64,000 nt of DNA. Source: Thermoplasmata archaeon (lineage in GTDB: Archaea > Thermoplasmatota > Thermoplasmata > Lutacidiplasmatales > UBA184). Position 1 is the stretch's first letter; each line of letters begins with the position of its first letter. Where the stretch lies: NCBI GenBank assembly GCA_033854115.1, contig JAWOKS010000002.1:9984-73983 (forward strand), in the 5' to 3' direction. Position numbers and translations under genes: made by a program. The notes beneath the pieces are model-generated. The model searched no databases. It had not been told where the DNA came from and saw only the letters and a list, made by a program, of their open reading frames with translations. Positions 55,543-64,000 of this stretch are shown here, one piece after another.

Positions 55543-56337
55543 CTATAAGGCCGCGGGCGGCGGACCCGGGACCCGGAGCCCGACCAGGTCACCGCGCCCG
55601 CGGCGCACGACGCGGGCGCCGATCGAGCGGGCGAACCTCGGGAACGCCTCGCCCGTCCACCGCGTGTTGTCGGCGAGGACGACCGCCCCGGGGAACAGTC
55701 GCGGACGGATCGTCGCGAGCTCCCAGGCGAGGTGGGTCGGGGTGTGGAGGTCGTCGTGGAGGAAGAGGCCGATCCCGTCGACCTCCCGGACGAGGTCGGG
55801 GAGATGCTCCTGGCTCGGGCCGATCCTGAGGTCCCACCGGTCCCGGAGACGGTCCGGGACGACCCAGCCGGCCTCCCGGCCGGGCGGGAGGGCGACGGGC
55901 GATTCGCCGGGTCGGAGGTCCGACCCGCGCTGGCGCGTCGGCAGGTCGATCGAGTGGAGCCGGCCCCGGCGGTTGCGACGGAGCGCGGCCAGGAAGTGGG
56001 CGCTCGAGACCCCGCTGCTGACCCCGGCCTCGACGATATGCTCGGGACGGACGAGGCGGACGATCGCGAACAGCTCGAACGGCGCCCGGATCTGGGCGTA
56101 GGAGTCCCGGCCCGAAGCGAGGTGCTGGTGGCGGATCTCCTCCTCGAGGGGCAGGAGCGCCTCGAGCTCCTCGAGGACCTCCCCGATCGCGCGCCGGTTC
56201 GCGCCCGTGAGCGCGGCGACCCACGCGAGGTCGGGGCTCGAGCGCCGGTCGCCGAGCGCGCGCTTCGCGCGCGCCACCGCCTCGCGGGCGGCCGGGGCCA
56301 TCGCGGCGAGACGCAGCGGGGTCGGACGACGCGTCAT
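55543..56337 (-). CDS. class I SAM-dependent methyltransferase
   Basis: Internal ATG of the track ORF. Motif I-like IVEAGVSSGVSS, later LFLHDDLHT. Confidence 0.6.
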   Translation of the reverse strand: MTRRPTPLRLAAMAPAAREAVARAKRALGDRRSSPDLAWVAALTGANRRAIGEVLEELEALLPLEEEIRHQHLASGRDSYAQIRAPFELFAIVRLVRPEHIVEAGVSSGVSSAHFLAALRRNRRGRLHSIDLPTRQRGSDLRPGESPVALPPGREAGWVVPDRLRDRWDLRIGPSQEHLPDLVREVDGIGLFLHDDLHTPTHLAWELATIRPRLFPGAVVLADNTRWTGEAFPRFARSIGARVVRRGRGDLVGLRVPGPPPAAL

Positions 56338-57038
56338 GCGGGACCTTCGCGAGGAGCGACGTGGGCCGGTCTCTTGAGATGAGCGCTCGAGATGTCGAGC
56401 CGGGCGGTCGCTCCGTCGACCGTCGACCGCACCCGGTCGAGCACGAGGGACGCGGTGAAGAACGGGGCGTCGACGACGAGCGTCTCGTACTCGCCCCCTT
56501 CGCCCGCGACGTTGAGCGGCCGGACCTCCCGGTCGAGACGCTCGAGCTCCTCGAGCCGCTCGAGGGTGAGCCGCTCCCCGAGCAGGTGGAAGGGGAGCGG
56601 CTCGGCGGCGAGATGCACGAAGCGGATGTCGAGGCCGGCTGCGATCTCCTCCCGCACGACCCGCCCCTGCGCCTTGCGCCAGAGCGGCGCGTAGAGCCGC
56701 CGGCCGAGCCGGTCGGCGACACGGACGAGCCGCGCCCACTGGTACGATGACGCGATCGCCCCTGTGACGACGGGCCCCCGTTCGCCCCGGAGCGCCCGCT
56801 CGAGGGCGTCGAGCTCGTCCCGCTCGCCCCCTGCGGGCACCGGCACGACGCGGTGCCGCTTCCCCCACGCCTCCGCCTGGAGCTCCACGAGGTCGAGGTT
56901 CGGGGTGTGGAACATGAGCGAGGCCCTCTCCGAGGGGCGAAGGGTGAGGAGCTCGTCGACCGGCCAGCCCTGCGTGTCGGCGAGGTACGCCGCGTAGACG
57001 GAGTCCTTGCCGCCGGAGACGAGCGCGGTGACGGTCAC
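56334..57038 (-). CDS. diphthine-ammonia ligase-like ATP-binding protein (MJ0570/DPH6 family)
   Basis: GTG start 5 nt after the purL stop. ALVSGGKDS PP-loop, and GEGGEYETLVVD. Confidence 0.8.
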   Translation of the reverse strand: MTVTALVSGGKDSVYAAYLADTQGWPVDELLTLRPSERASLMFHTPNLDLVELQAEAWGKRHRVVPVPAGGERDELDALERALRGERGPVVTGAIASSYQWARLVRVADRLGRRLYAPLWRKAQGRVVREEIAAGLDIRFVHLAAEPLPFHLLGERLTLERLEELERLDREVRPLNVAGEGGEYETLVVDAPFFTASLVLDRVRSTVDGATARLDISSAHLKRPAHVAPREGPA

Positions 57039-57043
57039 GGTCG

Positions 57044-59350
57044 CTACGGCAGGCCGAGGGCTCCGCGCCAGCGCTCGTAGAGGTCCACGAGGTCGAGCCG
57101 GGCGAGCTCGTGCTCCCCCCAGCGGAGGCGGCCGTCGGCCGCGGTCACCTCGCCCAGGCGGGCGCACGGCAGGCCCCGGAACGCCCGAGTGAACGCGGCC
57201 GTGCGGTCCTCGGGGACCTCGACGACGAGCCGGGAGCCCCCCTCGGCGACCGCCGCGAGGCCGGGTCCGTCGAGCCCGGTCGCCGCGAGGTCGGCGTCAA
57301 AGCCGAGCCGTCCCCCGAAGCCCATCTCGGCGAGGGTGACCGCGGGTCCCCCGTCGGCGACGTCGTGCGCCGCGACGACCAGCCCGCGGGCCCGCGCAGC
57401 GAGCAGCCGCTCGCCCCAGCGGCGGAGCCCGGCGGGGTTCCCGGGCGGCACGCCGAGCCCGCGGCGGTTCCGCCGGCGCGCCCAGAGCGAGCCTCCGAGC
57501 TCCGGCCGCGACCGGCCGATCAGGAAGAGGGCGCTTCCGGCCGATTTGAGGTCGCTCGTGATCGCCCGCGCGACGTCCGCGACGATCCCCGTCGCGAGCA
57601 GCACCGGCGTCGGTGGGATCTCGCGCCCGAGCCCCCCGTTGTAGAGGCTCACGTTGCCGGACGGGATGGCGAAGCCGAGTGCCCGGGCCGCGGCCGCGAG
57701 GCCGCGCGTCACCTCGCCGAGGTCGTGGAGGACCTCGGGCCGCTCCGGGGTCCCGAAGTTGAGGCAGTCGGAGAAGGCGTCCGGCCGGGCCCCGACCGCG
57801 TAGAGGTTGCGGGCGGCCTCCTCGACGACCGCGACCGCACCCCGGAACGGGTCCTCCCGGCACGCCCACGGGTGCGTGGCGGTGGTGATCGCGAGCCCCG
57901 CGCGGCCGTCCGGGGCCGGCCGGAGCACGGCCGCGTCCCCGTGGGAGGGGGAGGAGACCGACCCGTGGAGGGGTTTCAGCACGGTCCGGCCCATCACCTC
58001 GTGATCGTAGACCCGGACGACCGGCTCGCGCGAGACCGTGTCGGGGGCCAGGAGGAGCTCCTCGACGAGCGCCCCGACGTCCCGGTCGGGAACGCGCGCC
58101 GTGCGGGCGGCGGGCCTCTGCACGGCGCGCGCCTTCCGGCGGAGCTCCGCCGGCTCGATGCGGAAGCCGACCCGGAGGTGGGCGACCGGCCGTCCGTGCC
58201 AGCGCACGGTCTCGTACGGCCCCCGGACGACCTCGCCGATCTCGTTCGCCTCCACGTCCCGGCTCCGGAAGAGGGCCAGGAAGCGGCCGACCTCCGACGG
58301 GCGGACATCGAAGAGCATCCGTTCTTGGGACTCGGAGATCCAGATCTCCCACGGTCGGAGCCCGCTCTCCCGGAGCGGCACCCGGTCGAGGTCGATCGCC
58401 ATGCCGAAGCCGCCCGCACCGACCAGTTCGCCGGACGCCGTCGCGAGGCCCCCGCCGCCGAGGTCCTTCAAGCCCCGGACGAGCCCCTCGTCGAACGCCT
58501 CCAGGGAGGCCCGGATGAGCGGCTCCTTGAGGATCGGGTTCCCGAGCTGGATCGCGCCGCGGGAGGACGTCTCGCTCGCCCGCGTCAGTTCGCGGGAGGC
58601 GAAGGCGACGCCGCCGATCCCGTCGCGGCCCGTGCGTCCGCCGGCGAGGACGAGGCGGTCGCCGGCCGCTCGCGCCCGGTTCGGGAGCGGCCGCCCCCGG
58701 GGCAGGTAGCCGACGCACCCGACGTTGACGAGGGGGTTCACGACGAACGACGGGTCGAAGTAGATCCCGCCGGCGACCGTCGGGACGCCGACCCGGTTCC
58801 CGTAGTCCCGGATCCCGGCGATCACGCCGCTCGCGAGGTAACGCGGCGCCTTGACCCCCGGGGGGACGCGGGAGGCGTCCAGGTCGAGCGGGCCGAAGAA
58901 GAGGGGGTCCGCGAGCGCGATCGGGGCGGCTCCGACCGCGAGGACATCGCGGAGGATCCCTCCGATCCCGGTGGCCGCGCCGCCATACGGCTCGACCGCG
59001 GACGGATGGTTGTGGGACTCGATCCGCAGGGCGTAGGCCGCCCCGTTCGGGAACCGCATCACGCCGGCGTCCCCGGTGCCGAGGACCCTCGGGCCCGAGC
59101 GGACGGAGCGGAAGGCGCGGCGGAGGAACGGTCGAGAGCTCTTGTAGCTGCAGTGCTCGCTCCAGCTCTGGGCGAGGCCGGCGAGCTCGACGTCCGTCGG
59201 TTCCCGGCCCTCGCGGACGAAATAGGCCCGGATCCGCTCGAGCTCGCGGCGGTTGAAGCCGAGGCCCCGTCGGCCCGAGACCCGGAGAAGCTCCGCGGTC
59301 GACCGTCCCCGGAACGGGACCGATTCGACCCCGTCGGGGTGGCCGTCCAC
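57044..59350 (-). CDS. purL: phosphoribosylformylglycinamidine synthase subunit PurL
   Basis: GTG start just after the purS stop. [17 protein letters not shown], two AIRS-like repeats. Confidence 0.95.
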   Translation of the reverse strand: MDGHPDGVESVPFRGRSTAELLRVSGRRGLGFNRRELERIRAYFVREGREPTDVELAGLAQSWSEHCSYKSSRPFLRRAFRSVRSGPRVLGTGDAGVMRFPNGAAYALRIESHNHPSAVEPYGGAATGIGGILRDVLAVGAAPIALADPLFFGPLDLDASRVPPGVKAPRYLASGVIAGIRDYGNRVGVPTVAGGIYFDPSFVVNPLVNVGCVGYLPRGRPLPNRARAAGDRLVLAGGRTGRDGIGGVAFASRELTRASETSSRGAIQLGNPILKEPLIRASLEAFDEGLVRGLKDLGGGGLATASGELVGAGGFGMAIDLDRVPLRESGLRPWEIWISESQERMLFDVRPSEVGRFLALFRSRDVEANEIGEVVRGPYETVRWHGRPVAHLRVGFRIEPAELRRKARAVQRPAARTARVPDRDVGALVEELLLAPDTVSREPVVRVYDHEVMGRTVLKPLHGSVSSPSHGDAAVLRPAPDGRAGLAITTATHPWACREDPFRGAVAVVEEAARNLYAVGARPDAFSDCLNFGTPERPEVLHDLGEVTRGLAAAARALGFAIPSGNVSLYNGGLGREIPPTPVLLATGIVADVARAITSDLKSAGSALFLIGRSRPELGGSLWARRRNRRGLGVPPGNPAGLRRWGERLLAARARGLVVAAHDVADGGPAVTLAEMGFGGRLGFDADLAATGLDGPGLAAVAEGGSRLVVEVPEDRTAAFTRAFRGLPCARLGEVTAADGRLRWGEHELARLDLVDLYERWRGALGLP

Positions 59351-59354
59351 GCTC

Positions 59355-59630
59355 CTACCCCGGGGCCGACTGGAGCATGACGCGGTGGATGACCGGGTTG
59401 GCCAGCAGGCGCTCGACCGCCGCACGGGCGCGGCGTTCGGCCTCGCCCGCGTCCAGGCCTTCGAACTCGAGGTCGTAAACGCGGGCGAGCCGGACCTTCC
59501 GCACCCCCTCGACCCCCAGGAGGGCGAGGGATTTCTCGACGCTTTCCGCCTCGGCGTCCTCGATCTCGGGCTTGAGCTCGATCCGGACCTCGACCCGGAC
59601 GACGGGCGCCGCCCTGCTCGACGCGGGCAC
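59355..59630 (-). CDS. purS: phosphoribosylformylglycinamidine synthase subunit PurS
   Basis: GTG start. [29 protein letters not shown]...VYDLEFE, 91 aa. Confidence 0.85.
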   Translation of the reverse strand: MPASSRAAPVVRVEVRIELKPEIEDAEAESVEKSLALLGVEGVRKVRLARVYDLEFEGLDAGEAERRARAAVERLLANPVIHRVMLQSAPG

Positions 59631-59734
59631 GCCGGTCGTACGGGGCCGCGAAGATAACGGTGCCCGGACGCCCCCGCCCCGGAGCGCCTCCGGCCCTCCC
59701 GCGACCGACCGCCGCGACGCGCGCTGCCGAAAGG

Positions 59735-59742
59735 CTATATAG
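59735..59742 (+). promoter_or_regulatory. TATA-like box in purS / small-ORF divergent spacer
   Basis: CTATATAG is the only AT-rich octamer in this spacer. Confidence 0.4.
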
Positions 59743-59789
59743 TGGACCTTTGTCGCCCCGGCGGCTCGGTGGGGGGTCCCGGCCACATC

Positions 59790-59963
59790 ATGGAGGAGTT
59801 CATCTGCAGCGTCGAGTTCCTGCGCGGTCCGGCCGATCTGTTGGCTCGCGTCTCGAGCGAGGCCGGAGGCGTGCGGGAGTACCGCGGCCCGGACCCCGGT
59901 AGCGTGATCGATCAGGTCGTCAACGACCTCCAAGAGGAGTTCGAGTCGGCCCCGGCGTCGTAG
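59790..59963 (+). CDS. small hypothetical protein
   Basis: 57 aa from an internal ATG. CTATATAG box about 50 nt upstream and a G-rich stretch before the ATG. No family recognised. Confidence 0.35.
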   Translation: MEEFICSVEFLRGPADLLARVSSEAGGVREYRGPDPGSVIDQVVNDLQEEFESAPAS

Positions 59964-60022
59964 GGCGCGCAGGGTGGGGCATTCGCGGGAGCTGTACGGG
60001 GTTCCGCTCGGGAGGATCGTCG

Positions 60023-60364
60023 ATGGAGAAGCCGCCCGCTCCGAAGGCGCCGGTGAGCCGCGCCGTCGAGAGCGCGTTCACGAAGGTCTGGGGCGACGAG
60101 CACGTCGTCGCCATCATCGCGCTGAAGGTCGAGACCGCGGAAGCCGACACCGTGGCGACGGAGGTCGCCCGGTTCACCGAGGTCGAGGACGTCTTCCTCG
60201 TCACCGGCGACACCGACATCCTGCTCAAGGTCCGCTTCCCCCACTACGAGGAGTTGAAGGAGTTCGTGCTCCATCGGCTCCCGGCGGTCAAGGGGATCCG
60301 GGAGACGAAGACCCTGCTCGTCGTCACCGCCTACAAGGAGGGCGGGGAGGCGCGCGCGGCATGA
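60023..60364 (+). CDS. stand-alone Lrp/AsnC ligand-binding (RAM) domain protein
   Basis: VVAIIALKVE...VEDVFLVTGDTDILLKVRFPHYEELKEFVLHRLPAVKGIRETKTLLV. No HTH domain is present. Confidence 0.65.
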   Translation: MEKPPAPKAPVSRAVESAFTKVWGDEHVVAIIALKVETAEADTVATEVARFTEVEDVFLVTGDTDILLKVRFPHYEELKEFVLHRLPAVKGIRETKTLLVVTAYKEGGEARAA

Positions 60365-60663
60365 CCGGGCCCACGGCGACCTCGACGCACCGGCCGGCCG
60401 AGGCGACGGTGGGCGAGGGGACCGAGGTCCAGAAGGTCGTCCGGTCGCTGAGCGACCTCGCCGACGACGCGAGCGTGCCCCGCAACGTCCGGCGGGGGGC
60501 CCTCAGCGCGAAGGAGGAGCTCTCGAAGCCGAAGGTCCCGCTCGACGTGCGGATCGCGAGCGCCGTCTACGTCCTCGACGACCTCGCGAACGACCCGAAC
60601 CTCCCGACCCACGGCCGGACGGCGATCTGGTCGATCATCTCGAACCTGGAGAGCCTCCAGTGA
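60361..60663 (+). CDS. UPF0147 family protein
   Basis: ATGA overlap. DDASVPRNVRRGA...LDVRIASAVYVLDDLANDPNLPTHGRTAIWSIISNLE matches the UPF0147 pattern. Confidence 0.75.
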   Translation: MTGPTATSTHRPAEATVGEGTEVQKVVRSLSDLADDASVPRNVRRGALSAKEELSKPKVPLDVRIASAVYVLDDLANDPNLPTHGRTAIWSIISNLESLQ

Positions 60664-60744
60664 CCCCTCGTCCCGTCAGGCTGAAATACGGCGGTCCCGT
60701 AGACCGCGACCGGAGCCGGAACGGGCCCGTAGCTCAGTTCGGTC

Positions 60745-60773
60745 GGCCGACCGGAGCCCCCGGCGGCCCGGCA
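60745..60773 (+). other. tRNA-Lys intron 1 (D-loop, relaxed BHB; boundaries approximate)
   Basis: TCGG-[TC|G]-GCCG...CGGC-CCGG-[CA|C]. The central 4-bp helix is 60739-42/60768-71 and the inner helix is 60746-49/60764-67. The spliced D-loop is AGTTCGGTCCA. Confidence 0.45.
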
Positions 60774-60813
60774 CAGAGCATCTGGCTTTTAACCAGGTGG
60801 TCGGGGGTTCGAA

Positions 60814-60851
60814 CGAGCCGCTCCGCGCGGGGTGCGCGGACGCTCCGGAGC
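60814..60851 (+). other. tRNA-Lys intron 2 (T-loop 59/60, canonical hBHBh')
   Basis: GGGGG-TTCG-[AA|C]-GAGC...GCTC-CGGA-[GC|T]-CCCCC, with an internal hairpin TCCGCGC-GGGGT-GCGCGGA. Confidence 0.65.
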
Positions 60852-61227
60852 TCCCCCCGGGCCCGCGTGGCTCCCCCGAGGTCAGCATGACCCCCGTACG
60901 ACCCCCCGCCGCTCGAAGTCGCCCCGCCGTGCGGCCACGCCCGCGAAGCCGGCGCGGCCGTTCGTCGCGCACCATCTCGCTCCTCCCCACGAGATCCTCA
61001 GCCTGGAGGAATCGACGCGCCTGATCGCCGAGCTCGCGACGCCCGTGGAGCGCCTGCCGAGGATCTTCGAGACCGACCCGGGGCTTCAGACCGACCCGAA
61101 GTACCCGGCCCTCAAGGAGTCCGGCGAGAAGCTCGCGGGCCGGCTCGTGCGGATCCGGCGCACGAGCGCGACGGCAGGCGAAGCGGTCGCCTACCGTGTG
61201 ATCTCCCGGCCGAGCGGGGAGGACTGA
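60832..61227 (+). CDS. rpoH: DNA-directed RNA polymerase subunit H (Rpo5); start codon unresolved
   Basis: Conserved core HHLAPPHEILSLEES...LPRIFETDPG...RLVRIRRTSATAGEAVAYRV. The only in-frame start upstream of the core is GTG 60832, which lies inside the tRNA-Lys gene. Confidence 0.7.
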   Translation: MRGRSGAPPGPAWLPRGQHDPRTTPRRSKSPRRAATPAKPARPFVAHHLAPPHEILSLEESTRLIAELATPVERLPRIFETDPGLQTDPKYPALKESGEKLAGRLVRIRRTSATAGEAVAYRVISRPSGED

Positions 61228-61234
61228 GCGAACG

Positions 61235-64000
61235 ATGCGCGAGATCGTGGATGCGTTCTTCCGAGAGCGGTCGATCGTCAACCATCACCTGGCGAGCTTC
61301 AACGACTTCCTGCCGACGCGCGACAACCCGAACTCGCGCATGCAGCGGATCGTCGACGAGGCGCGGGTCAGCGAGGACTCGGCCGAGCGGGGCGTCATCC
61401 GCCTCGACGTCCAGAAGACGAAGAGCTCGATCGCGGTGCGGGTCGGACGCCGCCGGGACGCCCGCGGCGTGGTCCCGCCGAGCGCGGAGCCGACGATCTT
61501 CATCGGGGCGCCGTTCGTGAAGGAACCGGTCGGCTCGAAGCCGACCCTCACGCCGATGGAGGCGCGCCTCCGGAACCTCACCTACCAGGCGCCGATCTAC
61601 CTCAAGGTCACGGTCATCGAGAACGGCGTCGAGCGCGCTCCGGAGGACGTCCACATCGGCGACCTTCCGATCATGGTGAAGAGCCGCCCGTGCAACTTGA
61701 ACCGCTACAAGATCACGGAGGACGACCAGATCTGGCTCTCCGACGAGGAGTACCGGGCGAAGCTCGTCGAGTACGGCGAGGACCCGCTCGACCCCGGCGG
61801 CTACTTCATCATCGGAGGGACCGAGCGTGTGATCATCAGCCTCGAGGACCTCGCGCCGAACCGGATCTTCGCGGAGTTCAACGAGCGCTACGGCACGCCG
61901 ATCGAGAGCGCGAAGGTCTTCAGCCAGCGCGGCGGGTACCGCTCGCTCACGGTCGTCGAGAAGAAGAAGGACGGGGTGCTCCAGGTCTCCGTCCCGACGG
62001 CGAGCGGGCAGATCCCGCTCGTGATCCTCATGAAGGCCCTCGGGATGAAGAACGACGAGGAGATCTTCCAGGCAGTCCTCGGCGAGCTCCTCCCGCTGGA
62101 CGAGCCGTTCGTCCAGACGATGAAGCACCTCCTCAACGTCAACCTCGAGGAGTGCGTCTCGAAGAAGCTCTACCCGCCCGAGGGGATCCTCACAACCGAG
62201 GACGCGCTCCTCTTCCTCGAGAAGAAGTTCGCGACCGGCCAGGCGAAGGAGTACCGCCAGCGGAAGGTCGAGGGGATCCTCGACCGCTCGCTCCTCCCCC
62301 ACCTCGGCGACACCCGCGCGGACCGCCTCAAGAAGGCGCTCTACCTCGCCCGCATGGCGCGCACGGTCCTCGAGCTCCATCTCAAGGTCCGCGGCGAGGA
62401 CGACAAGGACCACTACGCGAACAAGCGCCTCAAGCTCGCGGGCGACCTCATGGAGGACCTCTTCCGGGTCGCGTTCTCGCTGCTCCTCAAGGACCTCAAG
62501 TACCAGCTCGAGCGGTCGTTCGCCCGCAAGAAGGACCTCCGCATCGCGAGCGCGATCCGGCCGGACCTCCTCACCCAGCGGCTCGTCCACGCGCTCGCGA
62601 CGGGCAACTGGGTCGGCGGCCGCGCCGGGGTGAGCCAGGTCCTCGACCGGACGAGCCACATGTCGACGATCAGCCACCTGCGCCGGGTGACGAGCCCGCT
62701 CACCCGCAGCCAGCCGCACTTCGAGGCCCGCGACCTCCATCCGACCCAGTGGGGCCGGCTCTGCCCGAACGAGACGCCCGAGGGCCAGAACTGCGGCCTC
62801 GTGAAGAACTACGCGCTCTGCGTCGACGTCTCGGAGGGGGCCGACGAGGAGGAGGTCGCGCTCATCCTCCGCGACCTCAACACCCGCGAGATCGGGCCCG
62901 AGGTGTTCCAGGAGGCGACCGCCCCGAAGGGGAAGCGGGCCGCCCGGGTCTACGTCAACGGGAACCTGGTCGGGCTCCACTCCCAGCCGCTCGACCTCGT
63001 GAAGGAGATCCGCGAGCGTCGTCGCACCGGGACCCTGAGCCCCGCGCTCGGCGACCGGACCTACGAGATCAACGCCCGCTACGACGAGGTGATGAACGAG
63101 GTCATCGTCCACTGCGACTCGGGCCGGCTCCGTCGCCCGCTCATCGTCGCGAAGGGCGGCGTGCCGCGGGTCTCCCGCTCGGACCTCGACGACCTCGCGC
63201 GCGGGACGCTCTCGTTCAGCGACCTCATCCGCCAGGGGAAGATCGAATGGGCCGACGCCGAGGAGGAGGAGGACGCGCTGATCGGCGTCGACCCGCTGCT
63301 CTTCCCGGACCGCTGCCCGAAGTGCGAGAAGGCGCTCTCGCGCTCGGACGTGCGCTGGGTGTCGATGGGCGAGAAGCGGGACCCACCGCTCGTCGCCTGC
63401 GGCCTGTGCCACGCCGAGTTCCCCGCGAAGGGCCTCGTCTCCGAACGGACGAGCCATCTCGAGATCGACCCGAACCTGATGCTCGGCGTCTGCACGGGCC
63501 TCATCCCCTACCCCGAGCACAACGCCGCGCCGCGCAACACGATGGGCTCGGGAATGGCGAAGCAGGCGCTGGGCGTGGAGTCGGTGAACTACCGGCGGCG
63601 GCCGGACACGCGGGGCCACCTCCTGCACTACCCGCAGGCGCCGATCCTCCAGACCCAGACGATGCGCTACGTCCACTTCACCGAGCGGCCCGCGGGCCAG
63701 AACTTCGTGGTCGCGATCCTCTCCTACGAGGGCTACAACATGCAGGACGCCCTCGTGATCTCGAAGGGCGCGATCGACCGGGGGCTCGGCCGCTCGTCGT
63801 TCTTCCGGACGTACCGGGGGGAGGAGCGCAAGTACCCGGGCGGCCAGGAGGACCGCTTCGAGATCCCGCGGCCGGACGTCGCGGGGGCGCGCGTCGACAC
63901 CGCCTACCGCAACCTCGGCGAGGACGGGCTCATCTTCCCCGAGCTCGAGGTCGCGGAGGGGGACGTCCTCGTCGGGAAGACGAGCCCCCCGCGGTTCCTC
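61235..64000 (+). CDS. rpoB: DNA-directed RNA polymerase subunit B (Rpo2), unsplit, N-terminal 922 aa (runs off window end)
   Basis: Absent from the track because it has no stop in the window. My translation gives MREIVDAFFRERSIVNHHLASFNDF...TPMEARLRNLTYQAP...SHLEIDP...PEHNAAPRNT...GDVLVGKTSPPRFL, in frame to position 64000. Confidence 0.95.
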   Translation, partial: MREIVDAFFRERSIVNHHLASFNDFLPTRDNPNSRMQRIVDEARVSEDSAERGVIRLDVQKTKSSIAVRVGRRRDARGVVPPSAEPTIFIGAPFVKEPVGSKPTLTPMEARLRNLTYQAPIYLKVTVIENGVERAPEDVHIGDLPIMVKSRPCNLNRYKITEDDQIWLSDEEYRAKLVEYGEDPLDPGGYFIIGGTERVIISLEDLAPNRIFAEFNERYGTPIESAKVFSQRGGYRSLTVVEKKKDGVLQVSVPTASGQIPLVILMKALGMKNDEEIFQAVLGELLPLDEPFVQTMKHLLNVNLEECVSKKLYPPEGILTTEDALLFLEKKFATGQAKEYRQRKVEGILDRSLLPHLGDTRADRLKKALYLARMARTVLELHLKVRGEDDKDHYANKRLKLAGDLMEDLFRVAFSLLLKDLKYQLERSFARKKDLRIASAIRPDLLTQRLVHALATGNWVGGRAGVSQVLDRTSHMSTISHLRRVTSPLTRSQPHFEARDLHPTQWGRLCPNETPEGQNCGLVKNYALCVDVSEGADEEEVALILRDLNTREIGPEVFQEATAPKGKRAARVYVNGNLVGLHSQPLDLVKEIRERRRTGTLSPALGDRTYEINARYDEVMNEVIVHCDSGRLRRPLIVAKGGVPRVSRSDLDDLARGTLSFSDLIRQGKIEWADAEEEEDALIGVDPLLFPDRCPKCEKALSRSDVRWVSMGEKRDPPLVACGLCHAEFPAKGLVSERTSHLEIDPNLMLGVCTGLIPYPEHNAAPRNTMGSGMAKQALGVESVNYRRRPDTRGHLLHYPQAPILQTQTMRYVHFTERPAGQNFVVAILSYEGYNMQDALVISKGAIDRGLGRSSFFRTYRGEERKYPGGQEDRFEIPRPDVAGARVDTAYRNLGEDGLIFPELEVAEGDVLVGKTSPPRFL

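Larger units (their letters stand above)
60723..60865 (+). tRNA. tRNA-Lys(UUU) with two non-canonical BHB introns (D-loop and T-loop)
   Basis: Acceptor GGGCCCG/CGGGCCC with G73, D-stem GCTC/GAGC, anticodon arm TCTGG-CTTTTAA-CCAGG, variable TGGTC, T-stem GGGGG/CCCCC. The spliced T-loop is TTCGAAT. Confidence 0.75.

Noticed and set aside
61112-63676. 854-aa ORF on the minus strand
   Set aside because: It runs exactly antisense to the strongly conserved rpoB frame. Its composition is dominated by R/A/E/D/L/V/P repeats with no recognisable motifs, a typical GC-rich antisense artefact.
1-64000. CRISPR arrays, transposases, integrases, prophage or defence islands, rRNA
   Set aside because: I saw no regularly spaced direct repeats, no recombinase or transposase-like ORFs, no duplicated tRNA 3' halves marking integration sites, and no rRNA-like sequence. 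This was a visual scan only, without a repeat-finder.

Overview
GC-rich (by eye about 70% G+C, not computed) archaeal chromosomal segment, tightly packed with housekeeping genes on both strands. Many neighbouring genes overlap at ATGA/GTGA/TGATG junctions, and TATA-like boxes often sit 25-40 nt upstream of start codons, which suggests short-leader or leaderless transcripts. Gene content is typically archaeal: MCM, Cdc48/VAT, proteasome beta, aCPSF1/FttA, NMD3, SepF, Cgi121, rpl18e-rpl13-rps9-rpoN and rpoH-rpoB. The unsplit rpoB, VAT, a CCG-type succinate dehydrogenase and bacterial-type mutS-mutL suggest a Thermoplasmatota-like euryarchaeon; this lineage call is inference only. Other genes cover pyrimidine and purine synthesis (pyrD/K/G, purE, guaA-B, purS/L), aspS, alaS, methylmalonyl-CoA mutase, folC, nth, two glycosyltransferases and a 1146-aa N-glycosylation-rich surface protein. 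I found no rRNA, CRISPR array, transposase, integrase or recognisable defence island. The most unusual signals are RNA-level. Two of the three tRNA genes carry bulge-helix-bulge (BHB) introns at non-canonical positions: tRNA-Lys has one in the D-loop and one in the T-loop, and tRNA-Gly has one in the T-loop plus a C at position 33. A spacer of about 590 bp between tRNA-Gly and tRNA-Ser shows no coding periodicity. rpoH has no usable start codon downstream of the adjacent tRNA-Lys. Secondary points are an Hjc-like PD-(D/E)xK nuclease translationally coupled to mutS-mutL, a 4-Cys insertion in RpoB, and an SDH operon lacking a heme-b anchor. Most long ORFs in the track that run antisense to these genes are GC-rich artefacts and were rejected.
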